NCBI RefSeq assembly: GCF_006345805.1
Contig: NC_043003.1
Location: 11,780,001 to 11,844,000, forward strand
Direction of reading: 5' to 3'
Origin: Octopus sinensis
Lineage: Eukaryota
DNA length: 64,000 bases
This document shows positions 41,084 through 53,004 of the stretch, piece by piece. The stretch's first letter is position 1. Every line of letters begins with the position of its first letter. The translations under genes and the position numbers were made by a program. The notes under the pieces are model-generated. The model searched no databases and was not told the DNA's origin. It worked only from the letters and a program-made list of their open reading frames with translations.

Positions 41084-41340
41084 ATCTTTTCCCGTTTTCT
41101 CTTTCCGTTCTTTTTCTTCTCTTCTTTCTTTCCTTTTTCCTTCTTTTTTTTCTTTTTTCTTTTTCTCTTTTTTTCCCTTTCTTTTTCCCGTTCTTTCTTT
41201 TCTCTTTCTTTTTCTCTTCCTTTCTTTTCCCTTTCTTCCTTTTTCCTTTTCTTTCCTTTTCTCTTTCTTTCTTTTACTCTTTCTTTCTTTTTCCCTTTCT
41301 TTCTTTTCCCCTTTCTTTTTCTCTTTCTTTCTTTCTGTCG
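40790..41340 (+). repeat. About 550-bp polypyrimidine tract
   Basis: Almost exclusively C/T, directly after the donor at 40780. Confidence 0.95.
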
Positions 41341-42589
41341 GTTGTTTGCCAACGAAATATTTTCTGCTGCCATACAGAACATTTCGAGCCGTTTATCTTT
41401 TATCTTTCATCTCTTACTTGTTTCAGTCATTAGACTGCGGCCTTGCTGGGGCACCACCTTAAAGAATTTTTAGACAAACGAATAGACCTCAGTACTTCTT
41501 TATTTCTTCAAAGCTTGGTACTTATTCTCTCCGACTCTTTTGTCGAACCTAAGTTACGGGGATGTAAACATACTAGCACCGGTCGTCAAGCGGTAGTGTG
41601 TATGTGTGTGTGCGAGTATGTGTGGAGGGGAAACACACATACACACACACACACACACATACATATAATATATATATATATGACCGGCTTCTTTCAGTTT
41701 CCGTCTGCCAAATCCATTTCACAAGGCTATGGTCAGCCCGAGGCTATAGTAGAAGACACTTACCCAAGGAGCAACGCAGTGGGATTGAACCCGGAACCAT
41801 GCGGTTGGGAAGCATGCTATTTACCACACCTGCTCCTATGCTTGTTTATAATTTCAAAATTTTTCTTGAGCCCCAAAACTCGTTAACCCAGTTTTCTGGT
41901 TTCCATTTCACAGACTGTTCATCTTTTATTTTTTATCATATACTTGTTTCAGTCATTAGACTGTGGCCATGCTGGGGCACCACTTTGGAAGGGTCAGTCT
42001 CAATACTTAGCTTATTATTAAAATCTAGCACTTGTACTATCGGCTGCTTTTGCCAAATCATTAAGTTACGAGGACGTTACCAAGCTGTAGTCGGGGCAGA
42101 CACAAGCACAAAGACACATACACACACACATATATAGACATATATTCGCTGGGCTTCCCTACAGTTTCCGTCAACGAAATTCACTCACAAGGCATTGAAA
42201 CATTGGTGGGTCAGTGCTATAACGGAAGACACTTGCTTAAGGTGCCGTGCAGTGGGAATAAACCCGAAACCACACGGTTGCATGGCAAGTTTCCTAAGCG
42301 CACGACTATTTCTGCGCCTATGTTTAGAAACAATGAAGAAAATGAATATGAAATAGATCAGTTGAATTTTATATGAAATACATGTCTTAGGCAAGTCATT
42401 CAACTGGATCCAGTGATAAGGTTCCAGCTTGGGAGTTTAGGATGGGTATGGTAGTCAATGGTAGCCTTTAGTTACTCCTCAGATCTGCAATTTTGTCCGG
42501 TAATGCTATCGGTAAAACCGACATCCGACAAATGATAGATACATGACCCGTGCCCAGTCAGCAGCCGGATGTTCTTTCTTTCTAGAAAC

Positions 42590-43185
42590 GGCGGCGAGCT
42601 GGCAGAATCGTTAGCACGCCGGGCAAAATGCGTAGCCGTATTTCGTCTGCTGTTACGTTCTGAGTTCAAATTCCACCGAGGTCGACTTTGCCTTTCATCC
42701 TTTCTAGGTCGATAAATTAAGTACCATTTACGCTCTGGGGTCGATATAATCGATATAATCCGTCTGTCCTTGCTTGTCTCCTCTGTGTTTAGCCCCTTGT
42801 GGGTAGTAAAGAAATAGGTATTTCGTCTGCCGTTACGTTCTGAGTTCAAACTCCGCCGAGGTTGACTTTGCCTTTCATCCTTTCGGGGTCGATTAAATAA
42901 GTACCAGTTACGCACTAGGGTCGATATAATCGACTTAATCTGTCTGTCTGTCCTTGTTTGTCCCCTCTGTATTTAGCCTCTTGTGGGTAGTAAAGAAATG
43001 GGTATTTCGTCTACCGTTACGTTCTGAGTTCAAACACCGCCGAGGTCGACTTTACCTTTCATCCTTTCGGCTCGATAAATTAAGTACCAGTTACTCACTG
43101 GGGTCGATATAATCGACTTAATCCGTTTGTCTGTCCTTGTTTGTCCCCTCTGTGTTAAGCCCCTTGTGGGCAGTAAAGAAATAAG
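42590..43185 (+). mobile_element. OR1-like SINE trimer
   Basis: One full head, then units starting at 42638, 42818 and 43002. Confidence 0.9.
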
Positions 43186-43414
43186 AAAGGACGCTTACGG
43201 TATATAACATATTGAATTATATACAACACATTTTGTGAGTTGTAGTATTTACTATTGTCCCCAGTTACGGGTCAAAACCTAGAAGAGGGTCCTGCAGCTA
43301 AAGCATACTGGACTCGAAGGAGGGCTGATTCCTACACATGTGTTACACAGGCATACCTGTCTGTGGGAATGCCCTAATGTCACGTGAACCGTCCCTCGTT
43401 ACTGCCTAAAGATT

Positions 43415-43561
43415 ACTTGCGTAGCTAGAGTTGTGCCGCCCGGGAGGCCCTTCCGTTTGCCGCCCCCAGACCCCACAAAAACACATATTGCCTATAGCAG
43501 ACCAAAAGTGGTGACCCTTTAAAAATGCCGCCCCTACCGCCTCCTCCTAGCTACGCTAGTG
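43415..43561. mobile_element. Short MITE-like element
   Basis: gcgtagctag / ctagctacgc inverted ends; internal gccgccc motifs. Confidence 0.45.
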
Positions 43562-43744
43562 CTAAGGATTACACTGGTTTTGTGCCTTGAGGGTCATTTT
43601 ATTCTCGCGGCTTTCTTCGAACTGCTACTCTCTAGAATTTATTACCGTTGTCTCGTTTTCGTCTGGTCTATGATATTCAGTCCTTTAAACTTTCTGTCAA
43701 CCAATTTCTTTCGATTTTGTAGGTCCCTTCTTTTCATTTTACTT

Positions 43745-44328
43745 AATTCTTTATTGCCCATAAGGGGCTAAATATAGAGGGGACAAACAAGGAGATTAGG
43801 TCGATTACATCGAGCCCAGTGCGTAACTGGTATTTACTTTATCGACCCCAAAAGGATGAAAGGCAAAATCGACCTCGGCGGAATTTGAACTCAGAACGTA
43901 ATGGCAGACAAAATACCTATTTCTTTATAAACCACAAGGGGCTAAACACAGAGGAGACAAACAAGGACAGACGGATTAAGTCGATTATATCGACTCCAGT
44001 GCGTAACTGGTTACTTATTTAATCGACCCCGAAAGGATGAAAGGCAAAGTCGACATCGGCGGAATTTAAACTCAGAACGTAACGGCAGACGAAATACCTA
44101 TTTCTTTATTACCCACAAGGGGCTAAACACAGAGGGGACAAACAAGGACAGACATAGGTATTAAGTCGATTACATCGACCCCAGTGCGTAACTGGTACTT
44201 AATTTATCGACCCCGAAAGGATGAAAGGCAAGTCGACCTCGACGGAATTTGAACTCAGAACGTAACGGCAGACGAAAACCGCTACGCATTTCGCCCGGCG
44301 TGCTAACGTTTCTGCCAGCTCGCCGCCT
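43745..44328 (-). mobile_element. OR1-like SINE trimer
   Basis: Junctions aatacctatttcttt at about 43912 and 44093; single head at 44280-44328. Confidence 0.9.
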
Positions 44329-44692
44329 TCTTTTCATTTTCTGTAGTCCCTACACTATAGCGGCTCAAGCCATATTAAAACAAAAAAAAAAAATCATATT
44401 AAAACAATTGTGGGATCACATTCGGAATAACTGGAGACCAGTAGAGTAAACTTTAAATAAGACGGCAGACGGTAACGGCAAACCATTGCTGTATTCTTTC
44501 TTCTCAAGGAAAATCAATAAATTTTCACTCTTTGGCACGAAAGATCACGATCGCTTCCGACGCCAGTAAACATGGTACAGGAAGCGGAAGAGATGAAGCA
44601 CAAACTAAATAAATGGCCGTGTCTTTGTTCTTCTTCAATATTTGTTCATTCATTATCGATACGTTTTCTTTTAAATATAGTTATCTTTGCAG

Positions 44693-44827
44693 GGAATATC
44701 CTCTTTGATGATAATAATCATCTTGCTTCGCCAAAGGAATATTATTCCGTCGAGTGCATCAAGGACGCTCACTACAACATGGAAATGAACGATGACAAAC
44801 CTGATAACTTTTACCCGTTAGAGTTCG
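44693..44827 (+). CDS. ETS gene internal exon (alternative in-frame donor at 44885)
   Basis: Acceptor tttgcAG 44691-92 is phase 1, reading GNILFDDNNH...YPLEF. Donor GTAGGT 44828; second donor GTAAGG 44885 in the same phase. Confidence 0.7.
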
Positions 44828-45019
44828 GTAGGTTTCCTCTCCAACCGCATCAGCAACACCACGCTGCTTTGCTGAACAGTTCAAGTAAGGATCCGTTATT
44901 GCTTATTAAGCGACTTCTAGAAATGAAAGCGAACAGCTAAAGCGTTATCTGTGTTCTTTGCGTTTCACTATTTCTGTATGTGTATGAGTATATGCAAGTT
45001 CGTGTGTTGTGTGTTTGTG

Positions 45020-45078
<59 letters not shown>

Positions 45079-45117
45079 TTTTACTGGCATTTTCCCCTTG
45101 GTAATGGTGGTACTGGA

Positions 45118-45535
45118 AGGTGGCGAGCTGGCAGAATCGTTAGCACGCCGGGCGAAATGCGTAGCCGTATTTCGTCTGCCGTTACGTTCTGAGTTCAAAT
45201 GCCGCCGAGGTCGACTTTGCCTTTCATCCTTTCGGGGGTCGATAAATTAAGTACCAGTTACGCACTGGGGTCGATATAATCTACGTAATCCGTTTGTCTG
45301 TCCTTGTTTGTCCTCTCTGTGTTTAGCCCCTTGTGGGTAGTAAAGAAATAGGTATTTCGGCTGCCGCTACGTTCTGAGTTCAAATTCCGCCGAGGTCAAC
45401 TTTGCCTTTCATCCTTTCGGGGTCGATTAAATAAGTACCAGTTACGCACTGGGGTCAATGTAATCGACTTAATCCGTTTGTCTGTCCTTGTTTGTCTCCT
45501 CTGTGTTTAGCTACTTGTGGGTAGGAGAGAAATAG
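45118..45535 (+). mobile_element. OR1-like SINE dimer
   Basis: Units starting at 45168 and 45352. Confidence 0.9.
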
Positions 45536-45713
45536 GTAATGGTGGTGCTGGTGAAGGCAGCAACGTTGCGGCGGCGGCGGTGGCAGCGGCAGCGGTGGTG
45601 ATGGCAGTGGCGGTGGCGGTCACAGTAGCGGTGGCGGCGGTGTTGGTGGTGACAGGTGCGGAGGAGGTGGTGGTGATGGTGGCGGTGAGAGCACTGACTG
45701 TGACATCTTGTAG

Positions 45714-45723
45714 TGAATTCGAC
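45714..45723 (+). CDS. Candidate 10-nt microexon of the ETS gene
   Basis: cttgtAG|TGAATTCGAC|GTAAGC with CTGAC at 45694-98. Converts phase 1 to the phase 2 required by the exon at 47380 (F-V-N-S-T-C-C). Inference. Confidence 0.35.
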
Positions 45724-46647
45724 GTAAGCTCAGTTCGGCGGAGACCGTTTTTGGTTCTTTGCAAAGTTATTAAGAACAGTCAAAATTGCAAAGGGGTTAT
45801 TAATGATTTCTGTTAGCGCTCTCACATTAATTACAACGAAGGAAGGCGGTATGTTTTGAAGTTCTGCCACGAGTTCGAAGCGCAACAAGAAAGACACACC
45901 GTAAGAAGGCACGACACTGTGGAATTGTCTGAGATAAAATCGCTTCATAGATTTACTGTCTTAAAAATACAATACACTAATACACTAAGGCGTAGGAGTG
46001 GCTGTGTGGTAAGTAGCTTGCTTACCAACCACATGGTTCTGGGTTCAGTCCCACTGCGTGGCACCTTGGGCAAGTGTCTTCTACTATAGCATCGGGCCGA
46101 CCAAGGCTTGTGAGTGGATTTGGTAGACCGAAATGAAAGAAGCCCGTCGGGATATATGTGGTGTGTGTATGTTCTGTGTTTTGTCCCCCTCAACATCGCT
46201 TGACAACGATGTGGTGTGTTTACGTCCCCGTAACTTAGCGGTTCGGCAAAAGAGACCGATAGAATAAGTATCAGGCTTACAAAGAATAAGTCCTGGAGTC
46301 GAATTGCTCGATTAAAGGCGGTGCTCTAGCATGGCCACAGTCAAATGACTGAAACAAGTAAAAGAGTAAAGAGAAAAAGAGAGTAATCCCTCGACTATCG
46401 CAGGTGTTACGTTCCAAAACCTCCCGCGATTGGTGAAAATCCGCGAAGTAGAAAAAAGAGTGTAATGCTTATTTTTTCATTGCTTGTGCTTATGAAAGAG
46501 CAATAACCTTTGAGATACGCATATATACCCATTACCGATTTTTTTTCTATCTTCGATCGCATTGTTTACATAGACGTATTCGTACAGGACAGGCCGCAAC
46601 TTTCAGTGCTGGCTCTAAATTCTATAGACTATCTCCAGAGATACACT

Positions 46648-47310
46648 TAAGAGATAATCTATTATATAAAATCGTTCGTCTGTTTTTGGTGTGTGTGTGG
46701 ATCTCGGGCGTCCGTGCGTGTGATATGTAGTTGGTGTGTGTGTGGTGGTGTGTGTGTGCATGTATGTATGGTGTCTATATTCTTTTGTGGTGTCTTTGTG
46801 TGTGGTTGAGGTATGGGTGTGAGTGTGTGTGGTCCATTGGGGGGGCGCGATTTGCTGTCATTATATAATGTGTTTGTCTGTGTGTCTTCTAGGATCTCGG
46901 GCATCCTCCATCCGATGGCGCTCAAATGTTCAAATTTGATATGTAGATACCGACGGTATCAGGCGTGTTAAGTCTGAAAAAATTACAAAATCGATTCAGG
47001 TGAGGAATGCGAAGAAATCCGTCAACCAAATGCAGTGTACTCTTAAATAGCATCGCTATTTAAGCCATGTTTGTGTTATAGTAAAATTAGTACACTCTGC
47101 TGCAATTTGTGAATATCGCTTAAAAAAGTCTATCTTTTTCTTCTTTGCTGGTTGTCTCAAATTTAAGTTAAATCAGTGTTTCTCAAAGGGAGGCCTATGG
47201 GACGGTCGGACAAGTTGTTTTGAGAAAATTTGGTTTAAAATGTTTGACAACTCAGTACCGTCCATTGGACGGTGGTGGTGGGGGGAGTTTTTGCTCGTAA
47301 AAATATATTT
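46648..47310 (+). mobile_element. Helitron/HINE-like short element, copy 2
   Basis: Starts tctattatataaaatcg, GT microsatellite, ends gctcgta; homologous to 21884-22268. Confidence 0.6.
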
Positions 47311-47379
47311 TAGGAAGTGGTTTGTCAGTAACGCATATTACTCAACTTTATTTATAATCAAATATTACATTTCCTACAG

Positions 47380-47603
47380 ATGTTGTTATGCCAAAACTCG
47401 AAACCCGTTACTGGGTGAATCTATTATCCAAAACAGAATCGATGATAGCGTCCACTCGTGTCAGTTATCGACCAACAGTGACGGTAATGTACCAATGCAC
47501 AGTAACAACCAACAAAAAATGTTCCAACCGTGCCAACCGAAAAGAAAACCTGGGCGTCCGAGACTCCATCCTCTCAATAAAGATTCGGCTGGCATCAAGA
47601 AAA
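47380..47603 (+). CDS. ETS gene exon with AT-hook (KRKPGRPR)
   Basis: Acceptor ttcctacAG 47378-79, donor GTAAGT 47604. Only the AT-hook frame joins the ETS exon in phase (A+TG K I L P L W E F). Confidence 0.8.
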
Positions 47604-47846
47604 GTAAGTTAATATCGTAATATAGCGGTACGGCAAAGGTATAGGTGTGGCTTGTGAGGTAAGAAGTTTGCTTCCCAACCACGTGGTCCCGGGTTCAGTC
47701 CCACTGTATAGCACCTGAGGCCCGACATATATTTTGTGAGTGGATTTGGCTGACGGAACAATCCAGGAAAATACCATTATCATCTTTGTTAAGTGGAAAT
47801 GCATGAAGCTCTCAACCCTTGAGTAACCATGTATATTCTGCCGCTT

Positions 47847-47883
<37 letters not shown>

Positions 47884-48006
47884 CCGGAAGCGTGGCTCTG
47901 TGGCTAAAAGTTTGCTTCCAAACTAATGGTACCGGTTCAGTCCCACAGGATGGCACCTCGGGTACGTTTCTTCTACTATAAACCCAGGCCGACCAAAGCC
48001 TTGTGA

Positions 48007-48038
<32 letters not shown>

Positions 48039-48400
48039 ATCTATATCTATCTATCTATCTATCGATCTGTCATCAAACCCAAAAGTGGTGGTGTTGCGTT
48101 TACCTGCCATAACTTAGCGGTTTGATAAATAATGCTGATAGAATAAGTACCAGATTTAAAAAAAGTACTGGAGTTGATTGCTTCGAGAAAAATTCTTCAA
48201 AGCGATGCCCCAGCATGGCCGCATTCAAACGACTTAAGCAAGTAAAATATTATACATATATATTTGTACGTAAGTACGTACACACGTGTGCGTGCGTGTG
48301 TGTGCGTGCGTGTGCGTGTGTGTGTGTTACATTTATGTATGCACGAGAGAAGATATCTGCGATCTGACGAGTTCTTTTGTTTTTCTTTTCTTTTCAAAAG

Positions 48401-48593
48401 TGAAAATTCTTCCGCTTTGGGAATTTATTTACTCCATTCTACAGAACAACAACTTTAATCCTTTCATAATACGATGGGAAGATGAAGCGAACGGCAAGTT
48501 CCGCTTTGTTCATTCAGAAAAATTTGCCAAACTTTGGGGAGAAGCCAAGAACAATGAAAATATGAATTATGAAAAGCTGAGCCGAGCCATGAG
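48401..48593 (+). CDS. ETS DNA-binding domain, N-terminal exon
   Basis: LWEFIYSIL...IIRWEDEANGKFRFVHSEKFAKLWGEAKNNENMNYEKLSRAMR. Long pyrimidine tract + AG 48399-400; donor GTTAGT 48594, phase 2. Confidence 0.95.
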
Positions 48594-48594
48594 G

Positions 48595-49190
48595 TTAGTA
48601 TGTATGTGTGTGTGTGTGAGTGTGTGTGTGTGTATGTATGTGTGTATATGTATGTACGTATGTATCTATGTACGTATGTACGTATGCACGTATGTATGAA
48701 TGTATGTATGTATGTATGTATGTACGTAAGTACGTATGTATGTATGTATGTATGTATGCATGTACGTATGCTTGCATGTATGTATGTATGTATGTAAGTA
48801 CGTACGTATGCATGTATGTATGTATGTATGTATGTATGTATGTATGTATGTATGTATGTATGTACGTATGTATGTATATATGCATGTACGTACGTACATA
48901 TGCATGTATGTATGTATGTACGTGTGTCTGTACGTACGTATGTATGTATGTACGTACGTATGTATTATGTATGTACGTATGGATGTATGTACGTATGTAT
49001 ACATGTACTACGTATGTACGTATGCATATATGTATGCATGTACGTATGTATGTATGCATGTACGTAAGTATGTACGTATGTATGTATGTATGTATGTACG
49101 TACGTTCGTATGTATGTATGCATGCATGTACGTATGCATGCATGTACGTATGTATGTATGTACGTATGTATTATGTATGTATGTATGCGT
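48595..49190. repeat. Degenerate (TATG)n microsatellite array
   Basis: Similar arrays at 31520-32140, 28050-28235 and 35190-35485. Confidence 0.95.
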
Positions 49191-50835
49191 ATATTATTCT
49201 TTTACTCTTTTACTTGTTTCAGTCATTTGACTGCGGTCATGCTGGAGCACTGCCTTTAATCGAGCAACTCGACCCCGGGGACTTATTCTTTTGTAAGCCC
49301 AGTATTATTCTATCGGTCTCTTTTGATGAACCGCTAAGTAACGGGACATAAACACACCAGCATCGGTGTCAAGCGATGCTAGGGGACAAAAACACAAACA
49401 CACACACGCATATATATACATATACACGACGGGCTTCTTTCAGTTTCCATGTACCAAATCCACTCACAAGGCTTTGGTCGGCCCGAGGCTATAGTAGAAA
49501 ACACTTGCCCAAGGTGCCACGCAGTGGGACTGAACCCAGAACCATGTGGTTGGTAAACAAGCTACTTACCACACAGGCGCTCCTGCGCCTATATGTGTAA
49601 GTGTATGAATATATTCGTATGTATACATGAATGTACGCATTTATGTATGTGAGAATTCAATCATGCATATAGATACGTCTTGACACTCTTTGTCACGTTT
49701 AGTAGACGACTATAATTCTCTACGATTTAGTATTGCACCTAGCTGTTTTTATTAATATAAAGGTGTGTGTGTGTGTCTGTGTATACATTTATGTATGTCT
49801 GTATGTGTACATATGTGCATGCATGCTTGTGTATCTGTGTGTATATATGTATGTACGTATGTATGTATATGTGTATATGTGTGTATGTTGTATGTATAAA
49901 TATGCATGCTTGTGTGTGTGCGTGTGTATGTATGTATCTTTCATCTTTTCCTCGATTCACTCATTGGACGGCGGCCACACTCGGACACCACTTTGAAAGG
50001 TTCAGTCGAACATATCGTTCCTACTATTCATTTTTGCGATTCTGCAACAGGGACCAATTGAATAAGTACTGGGACCGATTTCTTCGTCTAAGACTTTCGA
50101 AGGTGGTGCTACAGCATGGCCACTGATGAATGTCCGGAACAAGTAAGACGATAAGAAATATTTACGTTTACTCTTTGTAATACAGGCAGAGGAGTGGCTG
50201 TGTGGTAAGTAGCTTGCTTACCAACCACATGGTTCCGGGTTCAGTCCCACTGCGTGGCACCTTGGGCAAGTGTCTTCTACTATAGCCTCGGGCCGACCAA
50301 AGCCTTGTGAGTGGATTTGGTAGACGGAAACTGAAAGAAGCCCGTCATATATGTGTAAATGTATATATATATATATATGTGTGTGCGTGTGTATATATAT
50401 GTTTGTGTGTCTGTGTTTGTATCCCCTCAACATCGCTTGACAACCGATGCTAGTGTATTTACGTCCCCGTAACTTCGCGGTTCGGCAAAAAGAGACCAAT
50501 AGAATAAGTACCAGGCTTACGAAGAAGTCCTGGGATCGATTTTCTCGACTAAAGGCGGTGCTCCAGCATGGCCGCAGTCAAATGACTGAAACAAATAAAA
50601 GAGTAAAGGAGTAAAATAGTAACCGGAAAGGTGTCCTCAAGTTGATTGGTGTTTTTGCTATATTTCGGCTGTTGAACGCTCCGACCTTCTTCAGGTGTCT
50701 TGTGCTGAACTCGGCTGTTGTATCGCAATTTTGAACCAAACGAAATGTAGACAACAGAATGAGAACAATGTATCCCCGTGGATCAAATAAAGAGTTAGGT
50801 TCGAAACGTCGATACAACAACCAAGTGCAACACGG

Positions 50836-50877
50836 CGCCTGACGAAGGCTGGAGTGCATAACAGCTGAAACGTAGTG
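50836..50877 (+). ncRNA. Minimal type I hammerhead-ribozyme-like motif
   Basis: CGC-CUGACGA-A-GGCUG-(10 nt)-CAGCU-GAAA-CGU-A-GUG; palindromic ACGU stem III. Confidence 0.5.
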
Positions 50878-51058
50878 AAAGCAAACATCAACGTGAGGAC
50901 ATCAGTCCGACATATATAAACGATATACATAAATATTTGTGAATTGTATCACACAAATACCTGTAATCTGTTTTCGAGAGATACTCTGAATCAAATATTC
51001 ATGATTACAAACTTAGAAATATTTATATTTCTCTCTCTTTTTTTCTTTTTTGTTATAG

Positions 51059-51194
51059 ACATTATTATGGCAAGGACATTATAGAACGCGTTGAAGGACG
51101 CCGGTTGGTTTATCGCTTCTTGAACTCGGCAATGGACCGATTGCGGAAGAAAACTAACCCGGAGATTCCACTTAGTGAAATGCAGCGAAACTGA
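51059..51194 (+). CDS. ETS domain C-terminal exon and stop
   Basis: Pyrimidine tract + tAG 51057-58. AG+A = Arg, then HYYGKDIIERVEGRRLVYRF...QRN-TGA. Resembles the ESE-family ILERVDGRRLVYKF motif. Confidence 0.93.
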
Positions 51195-51261
51195 AGTACA
51201 GGATCCTTGAGTAAATAAATAGCTTCCAAAATCTGAATTTGTTATCGTTGTTAAACTATAA

Positions 51262-51395
51262 AATAAATGGAGGTCGTGTGTCTGGACGTCGTCAAGAATA
51301 CCACATTGAGTAGTAGAGTAATCTTATACGAGTATTCACAGTTCAAGGTGTAGCAGGTAGTGTGTTCGTATTTACTCAAAGTAGTATGGAATAAA
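51262..51395 (+). promoter_or_regulatory. Candidate polyadenylation signals for the ETS gene
   Basis: AATAAA at 51262-67 and 51390-95, downstream of the stop; common by chance in AT-rich DNA. Confidence 0.25.
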
Positions 51396-51529
51396 ACGTA
51401 TTTAATAGCAAAAATGATTATCGTTCATGCGTATGTGTGTGTATGTGTGTCTGTCTGTCTGACTGTGTGTGTATGTATACATGCACATGTGTATTTATAT
51501 GTATGCGTACAAATGCATACATGTGTATG

Positions 51530-51587
<58 letters not shown>

Positions 51588-52216
51588 GATATATATATAC
51601 ATACACATGTATGTATTTGTACGCATACATATAAATACACATGTGTATGTATGATGAGATGGCTATTTCTGTCTTTCTTCTCCTGGCCTCCGTCAAGTAG
51701 AGACGGTAATCTGTTGCTCTCTGCCGTCCTCAAACAATAGCGTTCGTAAAAAATTTTTTATCTCGTTTGGCTTAACAGCCCTTCTTGTTTGTGTTACTGT
51801 TATTCTCTGTTCTGTCTTTTACTGTTTATATTTTGTACTGTCGTTACTGTCCTGTTTTTGTTACCATTTTTACCACTCCGCCAAAAAATCTCAAATTTTA
51901 TTTAATTTGATTTTCGCGGGAAGGAAAATTTCATTGAAGTCATGTCTCGCCTTGACCTTCGAAACGTGGAGTAGATGAAATTAAGGCGACTGAAGAAGGG
52001 GAGTTTTCCTTGTTTTGCATGTCCTGTACTCTATTTTTTCGTGGTTTAAAAATATGTCCATTTCCTTGGTTTTGTGTTTATGTTTTCGTTTCTCATTGTG
52101 TTCGACGTTTTTTTTTTTGGTGTCCTGTACCCATATATGCTTGTATATATACATGTAGGGGTAGGTACGTACATATATGTATGTATATATGCATATGTTT
52201 TATTTATTTATTAATT

Positions 52217-52252
<36 letters not shown>

Positions 52253-53004
52253 GCACACAGATAAAATATGAACTTCATTTTACTTTTTTTTTTCAAATTT
52301 TATTTTTAAGCGAAATAGTAGAAATATAGAAGGCTTATATATATACGCACATATATATAAGATATACAAGGGGATGATGAAATGCACGTGGATCACATGT
52401 AATATGTTGTAATATTGGAAGAATTTTTATATTTTTTATTCATAGTTATATTCATGAAAAGAATATCTACCATGTGTTGTCGAAACGCACGTAACTAAGG
52501 AATGAATCCAATATCAAAAATTCCATCATTGAAAGCCACACACACACACACATACATACGTATGTATGTATGTGTATGTATATATATATGTATATATATG
52601 TGTATATATATATATAGTGTATATATGTGTATATATATGTGTATATATATATATGTATATATATATGCAGAGAGAAAGAGCAAGGAGAGAAGGAAAGGAA
52701 AAGAATGAGACTCTTGTAATTTGTCGACAACTACAAACTGTATTAGTTTATGTCTTTGGTGGATGACGTTTTCATTCACGTGATCAGCTCAGTGTTGAGC
52801 ACTCCAGATCTCTTGTTTGTATTTTCCGTTTTTAACGTTGTTAGATGCCTATAAGAAATAATATAAATTGTTATGAATACATACAGTTGTTGTGACAGTA
52901 TTTGAACAATAGAAGAGAAACAATGAATTAAATTTTGGAGATGTACTCGCATAGCAAGTGATTTGATCTGAGATCGTGTGCTGAAACGAAAACAATTGCT
53001 GCGT

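Noticed and set aside
40768-41462. 200+ aa Lys/Arg- or Phe/Leu/Ser-rich ORFs
   Set aside because: Translation of a polypurine/polypyrimidine tract.
45540-45700. Gly/Ala-rich GGT/GGC stretch as a coding exon
   Set aside because: Degenerate trinucleotide repeat with no upstream acceptor in a compatible phase.
47388-47612. MPKLETRYW frame as the ETS exon reading
   Set aside because: Fits the upstream phase but ends in phase 0, putting the ETS domain out of frame.
48595-49351. Long MYVC/HTYI ORFs here and at many other sites
   Set aside because: Microsatellite translations.
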